Shown piece by piece: positions 8,329 to 18,255 of a DNA stretch of 64,000 nucleotides. Origin of the DNA: Chthonomonadaceae bacterium (lineage in GTDB: Bacteria > Armatimonadota > Chthonomonadetes > Chthonomonadales > Chthonomonadaceae); the NCBI GenBank assembly GCA_035650735.1, contig DASRGZ010000064.1:1-64000 (forward strand), in the 5' to 3' direction. The notes beneath the pieces were generated by a model that was not told the DNA's origin, did no database searches, and saw nothing but the letters and a program-made list of their open reading frames with translations. Every line of letters starts with the position of its first letter. Position 1 is the first letter of the stretch. Made by a program: the position numbers and the translations under genes.

Positions 8329-10230
8329 CTACCGTTCCGTGGAGGCAGCAGTGAACGGTGGCGAGGTCACCACAAGCCGCACCGCGCCGCCCGTACCGGA
8401 AAAGGTTTGCTCTACTCTGGGGCGCAGACCCAGCAGCACGGAGGGACCCGCAGAATGCAGCAGGGAACGCAGTCGGGGTAACAGAAAGAGAGCTTGCTGC
8501 TGCTGGCCTGGCGTCAGGGAAGCAAAGGGCAAACGGCCTTCCGTCAACGCGGCGCGCGCAGAGGCATCCAACCCGGCATAAAAGCCAATCGTGCGATACT
8601 CCTGCAAAATACGGTCGGCATCCGCGCTAAAAGGATATATTTTTCCAGGGATATAGCCTTCCGGCCATTCGGGGGAGAACTGAACCGTCTGCTTTGCTGC
8701 CTGCTTCTGCCAGAGGGCCTCCATCAGAGAAGGCTCCGGGGAAAACCATCGCATACCGACGGTGATTTGCCAGCGTGTCAGCGTGGAGACCACCTCCGCC
8801 TCCCAATCCATCTGTTTGCGAATCTGCTCTGCCAGCATCTGCGGCGTTTTGGCTGGCGCGGGCTGCTTCTCCTGGCCTCCACGCCAGGCCAGGCGCGCGA
8901 GGAGCCATCGCCGCAGCAATGCGGAGGGAACTTCCAGGTAGTCATCTCGGTACCAGCGATTATTCCGGAAGAGGTAGATGTTATCCGGGCGCTTTTTCCA
9001 GCTTATGTCATGGAGGACCGCCTGGAAATCCAGTTCCTCTTTGAGGGAACCTTTGAGAGGCTGCTTTTGCTCCTGAAAGTTCATCGGCCTGCCTCCGCGC
9101 GCGTAGTAATCCGACACAAACTCCAGGCCCGCTTTATCGCTCAGCCATTGCAGAATAGCAGAGCGATTTATCGGGAGGAAATCGCGCCGGCTAGGGTCAG
9201 GCGGATCATTTTGCCAGAAGCGGCTCTGCTGGTAGGCGGCTAACTGTTTCCAGGTCTGCGGTGCGGCCTTGCCTAAACGCTGGACCATCATAGCCAGCAT
9301 TCTCTGATCGGCAACCAGTGGCAGAGCCTCCGGGGCCGTGCCGATATGGAGACTAAACGCCGTGCCAGTCCACCTGCCATCCGGCAGGGCAATGCTTGCC
9401 ATCAGTTCAAACCCGCCATTGGTGATGTTGACGAAGGTATCCTCCAGGAGGAAAGGCGATTCTCCGGGCCGCAGCAGCACCGAAGCGCGCTGGCGCACCC
9501 GCTCCTGGATTTGCGGGGGCAGATCGCTTAAAGCCGCGACGACCGGACCTTCCTCATCGTCGGTTCCAAAACTCAAGGAACCGATACTGTAGTAGGGAGA
9601 GTCGTTGATCTGCCCGGCAATCTTCTCCTGCAAGGCAGCGGGCAGCAGGCGAAAGAAGTCGTGCTCTGCTGCCACCCGCGCTTCAATGGCCGGGTCGCTA
9701 TTTTCGGGGTTGGGATCGCCCGGCTTTCTGCGATAGGGTTGAGAGCGCATCGTCTGGAGAATATGGTCGCGCTGCGCCGCTAAAGCCCGTTCGCGTTCAC
9801 CTAAGAATAGCTCCCACCACCGCTTGCGCCGGGAAATGGCGTTGATCTCCATCTCCAGACGGTAGCCCCTGTTATCGGGAAGCGGCTCCCAGGCTCCGGG
9901 CGTCAGCTCTGCCAGGGCCGCCATGAGCGCAGACAGAGGCCGCTGCTTGAGGTGTATCTGCAACTTGAGTTCCTGGCAATCTCGCGCGCACGTCAGCACC
10001 AGGCCGTCGTTGCTCAGCTTCCGCAGCAGTTCGTAGAGAGGAGTACCTATCTCGTCGAGACTGATAGTGCGCTTGAGCCTGACATCCTCCATCGGGTTTG
10101 CGGCAGGAGTTGGCGCAGGCGTCGGCGGCGAAGCCAGCGAAGCAGAGACGGGAACGAGCAGCAAGACAAGACAGGCAATAGAGGGCCAAACCTGAAAGAG
10201 AAATTTCGTCCAAGCCGAAGGAGTACGCAT
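8329..10230 (-). CDS. Secreted hypothetical protein (633 aa)
   Basis: GGAGG RBS, hydrophobic signal peptide then Pro/Thr linker; long ORF. Confidence 0.75.
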   Translation of the reverse strand: MRTPSAWTKFLFQVWPSIACLVLLLVPVSASLASPPTPAPTPAANPMEDVRLKRTISLDEIGTPLYELLRKLSNDGLVLTCARDCQELKLQIHLKQRPLSALMAALAELTPGAWEPLPDNRGYRLEMEINAISRRKRWWELFLGERERALAAQRDHILQTMRSQPYRRKPGDPNPENSDPAIEARVAAEHDFFRLLPAALQEKIAGQINDSPYYSIGSLSFGTDDEEGPVVAALSDLPPQIQERVRQRASVLLRPGESPFLLEDTFVNITNGGFELMASIALPDGRWTGTAFSLHIGTAPEALPLVADQRMLAMMVQRLGKAAPQTWKQLAAYQQSRFWQNDPPDPSRRDFLPINRSAILQWLSDKAGLEFVSDYYARGGRPMNFQEQKQPLKGSLKEELDFQAVLHDISWKKRPDNIYLFRNNRWYRDDYLEVPSALLRRWLLARLAWRGGQEKQPAPAKTPQMLAEQIRKQMDWEAEVVSTLTRWQITVGMRWFSPEPSLMEALWQKQAAKQTVQFSPEWPEGYIPGKIYPFSADADRILQEYRTIGFYAGLDASARAALTEGRLPFASLTPGQQQQALFLLPRLRSLLHSAGPSVLLGLRPRVEQTFSGTGGAVRLVVTSPPFTAASTER

Positions 10231-10262
10231 CGGGTTGCCTCCTGATTGGGTAAACTACCTGT

Positions 10263-10304
10263 TAAATCCCCGCTTGAACCAAGCTGCTTCCAAGCGGGGA
10301 TTTA
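10263..10304. terminator. Hairpin between the two secreted-protein genes (terminator/attenuator)
   Basis: TAAATCCCCGCTTG...CAAGCGGGGATTTA. Confidence 0.55.
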
Positions 10305-10343
10305 TCTGAAGCGGACTTTATCCTGCTGATTGCTAGCAGAATG

Positions 10344-10757
10344 CTATGGAATCGTAACCCATTTTTCACCTGTAGAGGCATACCAGGTCGTCCAGGGCAG
10401 AGTAGATGTATCGGACCCACTGGCAATAGCATACAAATCGTAAGTCCCGGAAGGGAGATTATCCCATTGCACTGCCGGATCGTTTAGACCAGGATAACCA
10501 AAGGTTCCTGGTCCATAAAAGGGACCTAAATCGCGGCTGATCGTTCGAGTTTCAGTGCCGGGACCGTTGCAATGGAAATCTACATGCTTCCAAAAGGAGC
10601 TTGCTGAGGTTAGTGTGACGGAAATGGCCTCTCCGATGGAATGTCCGATGACGAAATCGCTGAGTGAGGCTGTAGCAGCTTGCGCTGGACGGCTCATTGC
10701 TGCCATCGAGAGGACAGCTAACAACGATAACAAACCAGGACGTACTACTTGCTTCAT
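10344..10757 (-). CDS. Small secreted beta-rich hypothetical protein (137 aa)
   Basis: AAGGAGG RBS; signal peptide ending AQA; lower GC than flanks. Confidence 0.75.
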   Translation of the reverse strand: MKQVVRPGLLSLLAVLSMAAMSRPAQAATASLSDFVIGHSIGEAISVTLTSASSFWKHVDFHCNGPGTETRTISRDLGPFYGPGTFGYPGLNDPAVQWDNLPSGTYDLYAIASGSDTSTLPWTTWYASTGEKWVTIP

Positions 10758-10829
10758 TGCAATTTCCTCCTTCTATGGAGTGGGATGTTCGCTCCCTTGA
10801 GCGCCTGGCTAATTAGCGTTGGGTGCATT

Positions 10830-10858
10830 ATAATATAGCTACCCCCCCCCCATGTCAA
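10830..10858 (-). promoter_or_regulatory. Sigma70 promoter with G10 tract in the spacer
   Basis: Minus strand TTGACA-tGGGGGGGGGGtagcta(17 nt)-TATTAT. Confidence 0.7.
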
Positions 10859-10922
10859 GAGGAAATTCAAATTTTTCTGAAAAAATTGGAAGCTTAAATT
10901 GAAGATAAATAGAGCCAGCGCA

Positions 10923-11330
10923 ATGAAAATGTTCGGCTTCCCTGCGCCCGGTGTTCGCTACCAGGATCGCCCTGTCGCCTATGCGGTGATAACAACCCCG
11001 GCAGGCACGGTCGCCGTCGTCAAGGGCAAACACGGCTATTTCCTGCCCGGTGGCGGCTCTCTTCCCAGCGAAACGCCCGAAGAGACCGTCTTGCGCGAAG
11101 TGCGCGAGGAGTTGGGCTGCGGCGTGCGGCTTATGGGCCAATTGGGAGAGGCGATCCAATACTTTACAGCAGAGGGACAGCACTACAAAATGCGGGCGAT
11201 CTTTTTTACGGCGGAGTTTACGAAGGAACCTACAAGACAGGGGAAAGCGGAACTCTTTTGGTTGCCCATAACGGAAGCGGAGGCCGCTTGCTTTCACCAG
11301 TGCCATGCCTGGGCCGCGCGCCTGGCCTGA
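10923..11330 (+). CDS. NUDIX hydrolase
   Basis: Nudix box LPGGGSLPSETPEETVLREVREELG. Confidence 0.9.
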   Translation: MKMFGFPAPGVRYQDRPVAYAVITTPAGTVAVVKGKHGYFLPGGGSLPSETPEETVLREVREELGCGVRLMGQLGEAIQYFTAEGQHYKMRAIFFTAEFTKEPTRQGKAELFWLPITEAEAACFHQCHAWAARLA

Positions 11331-11419
11331 GCGGCAAGTCGGCCTTCTTCCGTTGCCATGAGAGAAGATGCCTTACGTGCCATCGCCCGGAGGCAGGGCA
11401 GGGAGAGAAGAGGCGGCGC

Positions 11420-12904
11420 ATGAGACTCAAACGATGCTTTCTGGCGGGGCTTGCGGCGCTCGCCATCTCCGGCTATGCGGGCATCGCCATGCCGCAGGAA
11501 CGCATGGAGCATTTTGATAAGGAACCGGCTTGGGAGGAACGCAACAATCGCGCGTCCGATTGTCAGCCGCGCACGATCCGGCAGGATTTCGGCTACAGCC
11601 GTACCCATCATGCGGGCGGGGCCGTCGGGGAGATAGGCGGCTTCATCACCGCCGCCGCCGAACCCGCCTACTATGCGCGCAAGATTCCCACGCGCACCCT
11701 TCAGGATACCCTGACCGCTTCCGGCTCGCTAGCGGTTACGGGCCGGGCCTTTCACGTCCTGCTCGGCTTCTTCCATACCAGCTCGCTCAAGGAGTGGCGC
11801 ACACCCAACACGCTGGCGCTGCGTCTTCTGGGGCGCGGCGATGTCTTTTACGCCTATGTCGAGTATGCGACGAGCCAATGGCGGGCCGGTGGAGATAGCC
11901 CGCGCCCCTTCCCGATGGTGCGCGATCCGGAGATGGGCCGGGACCAACCGCGCGGCTTTGCCGCGAACGGGACCGTACATCACTGGTCGCTGCGCTACGA
12001 TCCGCAAGGCAACCACGGCGGCGGCAGCCTCATTGCAACCCTGGACGGTCAGGTCGCGATCTGTAATCTGGAGCCTGGACATAAGGCCGATGGCGCCCGG
12101 TTCAACCGCTTCGGACTGCTCACGGTGATGAAGAGCGCCGACGATGGCGGCGAGGTCTGGCTGGATGACGTTACGGTAAACGGCGTGAAGGAGGATTTTA
12201 CGCGCGACCCCGGTTGGGAAGGCTTTCATAACCGCCGCGTCTATGCCACGCGGGACATCCGCCCCTGTTTTGATTTCGGGTACAGTCCCACCCGCTATGC
12301 CGGAGGAAAGGGAAAAGGCGAGCTCGGCGGCCTTGTCTTTCGCGGCGATTGCCGTGACCCGCGCAAAATGGCCTCCTATGCCGATAGGCTCTCTGTTCTA
12401 ACTTTGGAGAGACCCTTGAAGGCGTCAGGGAAGGTGAGCCTACGGCGGGGAGTAAGCGATAGCACGACGCTGATCGGTTTCTTTCACTCTCGCGACAGCA
12501 TGACCGTGAACGACTCGCAATCTTTCCTGATCCCGCGCAGTTTCCTGGGGATCGCCCTCGAAGGGCCGAGCCGCGAAGGCTTTTTCTTTGCTCCAGCCTA
12601 TCACACCCGCGAAGACGCACAAGGATACGCCAGTGACAGCGATAATCCGCCCCGCATCTTACCCGACGGTTCCTCCCATACCTGGAGCCTGGAGTATGTG
12701 CCGGGCAGTGCGGAGGGAGAGGGATATCTTCTGGTGGCGCTGGACAGGCACCCGGTCAAAATACGCGTGAACGTGGATTTCAGGAAAACCGGCACGCAGT
12801 TCGACCGCTTCGGAATAATTACGACATGGATTGACGGCAACGGCCAGCGTGTCTATTTCGATGACCTGCAGTACACGAGCGCGCAGGAGAGACAGGCCCG
12901 CTAA
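11420..12904 (+). CDS. Secreted hypothetical protein with two homologous halves
   Basis: Signal peptide; DFGYSRTHHAGG..GEIGG / DFGYSPTRYAGG..GELGG, HHWSLRY / HTWSLEY, FNRFGL / FDRFGI. Confidence 0.8.
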   Translation: MRLKRCFLAGLAALAISGYAGIAMPQERMEHFDKEPAWEERNNRASDCQPRTIRQDFGYSRTHHAGGAVGEIGGFITAAAEPAYYARKIPTRTLQDTLTASGSLAVTGRAFHVLLGFFHTSSLKEWRTPNTLALRLLGRGDVFYAYVEYATSQWRAGGDSPRPFPMVRDPEMGRDQPRGFAANGTVHHWSLRYDPQGNHGGGSLIATLDGQVAICNLEPGHKADGARFNRFGLLTVMKSADDGGEVWLDDVTVNGVKEDFTRDPGWEGFHNRRVYATRDIRPCFDFGYSPTRYAGGKGKGELGGLVFRGDCRDPRKMASYADRLSVLTLERPLKASGKVSLRRGVSDSTTLIGFFHSRDSMTVNDSQSFLIPRSFLGIALEGPSREGFFFAPAYHTREDAQGYASDSDNPPRILPDGSSHTWSLEYVPGSAEGEGYLLVALDRHPVKIRVNVDFRKTGTQFDRFGIITTWIDGNGQRVYFDDLQYTSAQERQAR

Positions 12905-13006
12905 AACCCACGCACAGCCGCTTCGTAGATTTCCAATATCGGAGGGCTACGAAGCGGCTGTGAGGATCTGTTTAGATTCGTCGCTTCCCTTGCAAGGCTC
13001 GCCGTT

Positions 13007-14176
13007 TTACGGGGCTTCCGGCTTGGTCCACTGGCGCGATTCGACGGATTGATCCACCGCCGCCAGCACCGCCTGGTTGCGGTAGCCGTCCAGGAAGTCG
13101 GGCGTGAAATGCTCGCCTTTGGCCAGGGCATCGAAGAACGCCTTGACCATGTTGATGAACGTATGCTCATAGCCGATAATGTGGGCCACCGGCCAGTAGG
13201 CGCTCATATAGGGCATCCAGCTTTCGGTCGCCTGGACGATATGGAAGCCCGGCATGGCCTCCGGATCGTCCACAAAGTAGACCTCCAGCTCGTTCATGCG
13301 CTCCAGGTTGAAGGCGATGGAGCCCTTTTCGCCGTTGATCTCCCAGCGATTGTAATTCTTGCGGCCCGGCGCCAGGCGCGTCGCCTCAAAGGTGCCGGTC
13401 GCACCGTTCTCAAAGCGCGCCAGGAACGCCGTCACGTCGTCCACCGTGACCCGCCCCTTCTCCTCCGAGGCGGTAAAGCCGGCTAGCCCGCCCTCGGTGT
13501 CGGCCAGCAGAGGCCGCTCCTTGATGAACGTCTCGGCCAGACCGGTCACTTCCGCAAACTCCGTGCCCATGACGAAGCGGGCCGTGTCAATGAGGTGGGC
13601 GTTCAGGTCACCGTGCGAGCCGCTGCCCGCGATGGACTTATCCAGACGCCAGACCAGCGGCACGTTCGGGTCCACAATCCAGTCCTGCAAATAGGTGCCC
13701 CGGAAGTGGCGGATCTGGCCCAACCGCCCCTCCTGCACGATCTGCTTGGCCAGGGCGACGGCGGGAGCAAAACGGTAGTTATGGCAGATACCGTTGGTTA
13801 AATTTGTAGATTTGGCCGTCTGATAGGACTTCCGGGCATCTTCGAGGGTAATCGCAAGCGGCTTCTCGCAGAGCACGTGCTTGCCGGCCTTGAGCGCGGC
13901 GATGGAGATCAAAGAGTGCGTATTGTTGGGCGTGCTAACGTCCACCATGTCAATATCGTTGCGGGCGATGACATCTTCCCAGTTCGTGGCGTACTCCTGC
14001 CAGCCGAACTGCTCCGCCGCCGCCTTCACCTTGTGTTCCGTGCGTCCGCAAAGCACCTTCATCACCGGCTCGACGTCTAGATCGAAGAACCGCCCCACCT
14101 GCCGGTACGCATTGCTGTGCGCCTTCCCCATAAACTGGTAGCCAATCATCGCTATGTTGATTTGCCTCTTTGCCAT
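13007..14176 (-). CDS. Gfo/Idh/MocA family oxidoreductase
   Basis: IGYQFMGKAH, GKHVLCEKP, GSHGDLNAHLID; AGGAGG RBS. Confidence 0.93.
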   Translation of the reverse strand: MAKRQINIAMIGYQFMGKAHSNAYRQVGRFFDLDVEPVMKVLCGRTEHKVKAAAEQFGWQEYATNWEDVIARNDIDMVDVSTPNNTHSLISIAALKAGKHVLCEKPLAITLEDARKSYQTAKSTNLTNGICHNYRFAPAVALAKQIVQEGRLGQIRHFRGTYLQDWIVDPNVPLVWRLDKSIAGSGSHGDLNAHLIDTARFVMGTEFAEVTGLAETFIKERPLLADTEGGLAGFTASEEKGRVTVDDVTAFLARFENGATGTFEATRLAPGRKNYNRWEINGEKGSIAFNLERMNELEVYFVDDPEAMPGFHIVQATESWMPYMSAYWPVAHIIGYEHTFINMVKAFFDALAKGEHFTPDFLDGYRNQAVLAAVDQSVESRQWTKPEAP

Positions 14177-14336
14177 GGGTAACCTCCTGCTGGAAATTGT
14201 CGCGTACGGAATCGCCGTCTGTCTTTCCTCCATCGGCCCGCGCGTGCCGGCTTACAAATTCTACACTCTCTCGGCAACTCCTTCCTTCACAGGGCGCAAA
14301 TCCCGATTCCTGACATCTCCAAGAATGCCGCCTTTT

Positions 14337-14903
14337 TCAAGTCGGCAGTGATTCACAGCGCCGCCTTGCCGCAGCCATGACAATCGCCTCGCGGGTGAGC
14401 ACCCGGCCCTCATACGCCGCCAGCGCTTCCAGCAATTCGTACTCCCGATGGCTCAGTCCAATCTGCCTGCCGGCGCGGGCCACACGGCGCTGAGCGGTAT
14501 CAATCTCCAGGTCGCCCACGCGAATAATGCGCGTGCGATGGATCTTGTCGCGCCGTAACAAGGCCCGGATACGCACCAGAAGTTCCCGGAAGTCGAAGGG
14601 CTTAGGGAGATAGTCGTCGGCCCCCGTGTCCAGCCCGCGCACGCGGTCGTCCACCGTATCTCGGGCCGTCAGCATCAGCACGGGAATGCGGCTGCGCTGC
14701 GAGCGCAGTTCTTCACAGAAGCGCCAGCCGTCCATTTTCGGCAGCATCACGTCTAAAACGATCAGGCCGTAGCTATTCTCCAGCGCCATCTTCAGGCCGG
14801 TCGCTCCATCGGCGGCCAGGTCTATCCGGTAGTTCGCTTCCTCCAGGCCCTGCCGAACCATGTTGGCGATACCGACGTCATCCTCGATCACCAGTACTTT
14901 CAT
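14337..14903 (-). pseudogene. OmpR-family response regulator, C-terminally truncated
   Basis: MKVLVIEDD, LDVMLP, GADDYLPKPF intact; winged helix breaks after GRVLTREAI; no adjacent kinase. Confidence 0.7.
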
Positions 14904-14955
14904 CCTGTTGCACTCCACGCCCTCGGATAGCCGGTCGGCGATTGACATGAAAATC

Positions 14956-14996
14956 GCCCTCACCCCCAACCCCTCTCCTTGCGAAGGAGAGGGGAG
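14956..14996. repeat. REP-like palindrome
   Basis: CCCTCACCCCCAACCCCTCTCCTT-gcg-AAGGAGAGGGG. Confidence 0.7.
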
Positions 14997-15056
14997 AGAC
15001 GTTTTCATGCGAGAGGATACGCCCCGCGCAGGGGGGCTGTCCTGAATTGGGCGGCG

Positions 15057-15098
15057 TGACAAAAGCCCGTTCCCATGTAGGGAGGCGGGCTTTTGTCA
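15057..15098. terminator. Bidirectional intrinsic terminator
   Basis: TGACAAAAGCCCG...CGGGCTTTTGTCA. Confidence 0.7.
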
Positions 15099-15147
15099 GG
15101 TCAATCTTCGCTAGGTCTTCCTCTCTCAGGAAGCCAACAGCAGTGCC

Positions 15148-15468
15148 TTACTGGGTTGTTGCGCCGCCTCCCGGCGCTCCCGGACCACCTGGCCCCCCAG
15201 GTCCGCCGGGCATCGGCAAGGCTTTCTGATTGGCCACCGACAGGTCGCTGGCTTTAAGCTGCCAGAGCATGTTGCCCCGCAGGACATACACATAGTCGCC
15301 ACTGGCCGCGACAGACGCAGGCCCTCCACCACGCATAAACGGCGGTGGCCCCGGCGGGGGGACATTGTCCTGGGCGTGGGCAGGCGCGGTATGCGTCCAG
15401 CCCATAAAGCCAATACCGAGCAGCCCGGCGAGAGCGAGCCCATACAGGAGGCCCTTCTCTTTTCGCAT
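15148..15468 (-). CDS. Small secreted Pro/Gly-rich protein
   Basis: AAGGAG RBS, MRKEKG plus hydrophobic signal, AHA cleavage site, PGGPGG repeats. Confidence 0.75.
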   Translation of the reverse strand: MRKEKGLLYGLALAGLLGIGFMGWTHTAPAHAQDNVPPPGPPPFMRGGGPASVAASGDYVYVLRGNMLWQLKASDLSVANQKALPMPGGPGGPGGPGAPGGGATTQ

Positions 15469-16105
15469 TGGATTCTCTCCTTCTGTGAGGATGTCTCCTC
15501 GGTCGTGCCTTCCGCAGGAAGCGAGAGGCGGTCTAGGTTGCAAGCTGGCGTCTCCTCCCATTCCAATTCCGGGGACGCCTTTATCGGTCGTTGCAGATTG
15601 GCTGTTGTGGATCGCGCCCGCCTTACGGGGTATAGCAGCACTCCGGGCGATTAAGTTCTACGTCTGGATGCCGGGTTGGTTCCTGCCGTCACCCATTTGC
15701 TTTCTATTATGGGGAAATTATGAAAATGAAATGAAGAACGGAAAGAGCAGAAAATATTTCTGCCAGGCGAGCGCATTAACGAGCCGCCTCCTTTTTCCAT
15801 TCTCGCGCTTCCGTCCCATAATCAGCCATTTCGTGGATGCTTTGCTCCCGCGCGCCTTCTATAATAGAGACGGCCCTTGATGCCGGGTAGACACTCCCAG
15901 CCGTGTGGATCAATCTCACGCAGCCTGCTGCTGAGGAGATACGTCCACACCGTTGGGAGGGATTACCAAGAGTTATATGGCGCAAACCATATTCCAGTTC
16001 CAGACTCGATATGAACACAGGGAATAAGCGAAGGTATGTCGAAATGCTAGCCAGATTTTCGTTGTGTGGAGAGTTATCCCATCGCCCCCCCTAGCGCAGG
16101 AGAAT

Positions 16106-16981
16106 ATGCCCTTGAAACTGGCCGCTTTCCCTAAATGCTTCATGGACGAGCTATGCGTCCACCGCACCATGAGCGTCTTTGACTGGATCGCCCTGGCGGA
16201 AAAGGAGTTGAAGCCGCTCGGAGTGACCGGCCTGGAGATGTATACCGGCTTCCTGACCAGTTACGAGCCGGACTACCTGGCCCAAGTCAAGGCCGCGCTG
16301 GAGGCTGCGGGGTTTGCCATGCCCATGTTCTGCGCTTCGCCGGATTTCACCTCGCCCGATCCGGCGCATCGGCGGGCAGAGGTGGAGAAAGAACGGCAGA
16401 TGATGGCAGTCTCGGCAGCGCTGGGCGGAGCGACCTGCCGGGTTCTGAGCGGGCAGCGCCGCCCCGAAGTGAGCCGGGAACAGGGCGTGCGGTGGGTGGT
16501 GGAGTGCATCTCCGAGTTGCTGCCTTACGCTGCCCAGCGCGGCGTTATCCTGACGATGGAAAACCACTTTAAGGACAACTACTGGCAATACCCGGAGTTT
16601 GCCCAGCGCATGGATATCTTTGTCGAGATAGTCAATAAGATCGACAGCCCCTGGTTCGGGGTCAACTTTGACCCCTCTAATACCCTGTTGGCAAACGAGA
16701 ACCCGCTCGAATTGCTCGAGCGGGTGAAACATCGCGTCGTCACCATGCACGCCTCTGACCGCCGCCCCCGTCCCGGCGTGGAGATCGGGCCGGAAGGCAT
16801 CACCGACTATACCCAACTCATTCACGGTGAGGTCGGCACTGGCATGAACGACTACGACGCGATTTTCCGTATCCTGCGCTCGGTCGGCTTCGATGGCTGG
16901 GTTTCCATCGAGGATGGAGTCAACGGCATCGAGGAGCTGAAGCGTTCCGCGCAATTCCTGGCCGCCAAGATGGGACTGTGA
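16106..16981 (+). CDS. Sugar phosphate isomerase/epimerase (xylose isomerase-like TIM barrel)
   Basis: TMENH, NFDPSN, TMHASD, FDGWVSIED; AGGAG RBS. Confidence 0.9.
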   Translation: MPLKLAAFPKCFMDELCVHRTMSVFDWIALAEKELKPLGVTGLEMYTGFLTSYEPDYLAQVKAALEAAGFAMPMFCASPDFTSPDPAHRRAEVEKERQMMAVSAALGGATCRVLSGQRRPEVSREQGVRWVVECISELLPYAAQRGVILTMENHFKDNYWQYPEFAQRMDIFVEIVNKIDSPWFGVNFDPSNTLLANENPLELLERVKHRVVTMHASDRRPRPGVEIGPEGITDYTQLIHGEVGTGMNDYDAIFRILRSVGFDGWVSIEDGVNGIEELKRSAQFLAAKMGL

Positions 16982-17079
16982 GGCAGAAAACTCCGACCGA
17001 AGCAGCCCCCGACGAAACCCGGTTTAAGCAGGAAGGCAGCCACGCTTGAGGGCAGGGCTACTCCGAATGGCTCCGGCAG

Positions 17080-18255
17080 CTAGAGCAGCGCCGTCAGCGC
17101 CGCGCAAAACCGCTGGATCTCCTCCTCGCTGTTATAGTAGTGGACGGAGGCGCGCACGACGCTTTGCAGCCCTCGCGCCTCCATATCCAGGCGCGTAGAG
17201 CTGAGCGGCGAAACCCAGACGTGGATGCGGCGCGCGGCGAGCCTGCGGCGCACCTCTTCCAACTCCCGCCCCTCCACCGTAAACGTCACGATCCCGCACC
17301 GCGCTGCGCCCTTATCCCGCACGACGACGCCCGGCAGCGCGCTCAGTTCCGTCCGCAGGCGCTCCGCCAGTGCCGTCACGCGGGCCTGTATCGCCTCCAG
17401 CCCCCACTGCAGGGCATAGTCGGCGGCGACGCCCAGCCCGATCTTGCCCGCCACGTTCGCCTCCCAGGACTCAAAGCGGCGCGCGTCCAGGCGCATCCTG
17501 TAGCGGTCGCGCTCCACCCACTCCGCCGCGCGCATATCCAGAAAGGGCGGCTCCAGCCGCTTCAGAACCGCCCGCCGCACGTAGAGAAAGCCCGTGCCGC
17601 GCGGCCCGCGCAGGTACTTGCGGCCCGTCGCCGAGAGCAGATCGCAGTCGATCTCGCCAACGTCAACGGGCATCTGTCCCACGCTCTGGCAGGCATCCAG
17701 CAGATAGAGCGCGCCGGCCTCCCGCGCCAGTCTGCCCACCTCAGAGGCTGGATTGACCAGGCCGCCGTTGGTGGGCACGTGCGTCAGGGCGATCAGCTTC
17801 ACGCGCTCATCCAGGGCGGCGCGCAGGGCCGTAAGCGAGATCTGGCCGTGCTCGTCGTCCGGGATCACTTCGATGCGCGCGCCGACGCGCTGCGCCACCT
17901 GAAGCAGGGCAATGTAGTTGCTGGCGTACTCGGCCATCCCGGTCAAAATACGGTCGCCGCGCCGCAGCGGAAGGGCGTAGAAGGCCATATCCCAGGCGCG
18001 CGTCGCGTTCTCCACAACGGCGACCTCGTCACGCCCACAGCCAAGCAGCGCGGCCAGGGCGTCGTACGTATGCTCTACGGCCTCCTGCGCTCCCTCAGCC
18101 GCCTCATAGCCGCCCATCTGCGCCTCCAGCCGCAGGTGCGCCAGTTGCGCCTCCAGCACCGGCGCGGGCATCAGGGCCGCGCCCGCGTTGTTAAAGTGCA
18201 GCACGCGCGCACAGCCGGGCGTCTCCCGCCGCGCCCGCTCCAGATCGATCAACAT
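17080..18255 (-). CDS. PLP-dependent class V aminotransferase/C-S lyase, probable EgtE-like
   Basis: HFNNAGA, LDACQSVG, SATGRKYLRGPRGTG, RASVHYYN; divergent from egtD. Confidence 0.85.
   Translation of the reverse strand: MLIDLERARRETPGCARVLHFNNAGAALMPAPVLEAQLAHLRLEAQMGGYEAAEGAQEAVEHTYDALAALLGCGRDEVAVVENATRAWDMAFYALPLRRGDRILTGMAEYASNYIALLQVAQRVGARIEVIPDDEHGQISLTALRAALDERVKLIALTHVPTNGGLVNPASEVGRLAREAGALYLLDACQSVGQMPVDVGEIDCDLLSATGRKYLRGPRGTGFLYVRRAVLKRLEPPFLDMRAAEWVERDRYRMRLDARRFESWEANVAGKIGLGVAADYALQWGLEAIQARVTALAERLRTELSALPGVVVRDKGAARCGIVTFTVEGRELEEVRRRLAARRIHVWVSPLSSTRLDMEARGLQSVVRASVHYYNSEEEIQRFCAALTALL

Noticed and set aside
15870..16025. 6S RNA call
   Set aside because: The ends vaguely resemble a 6S closing stem on the minus strand, but the hairpin is asymmetric and no central bubble could be built
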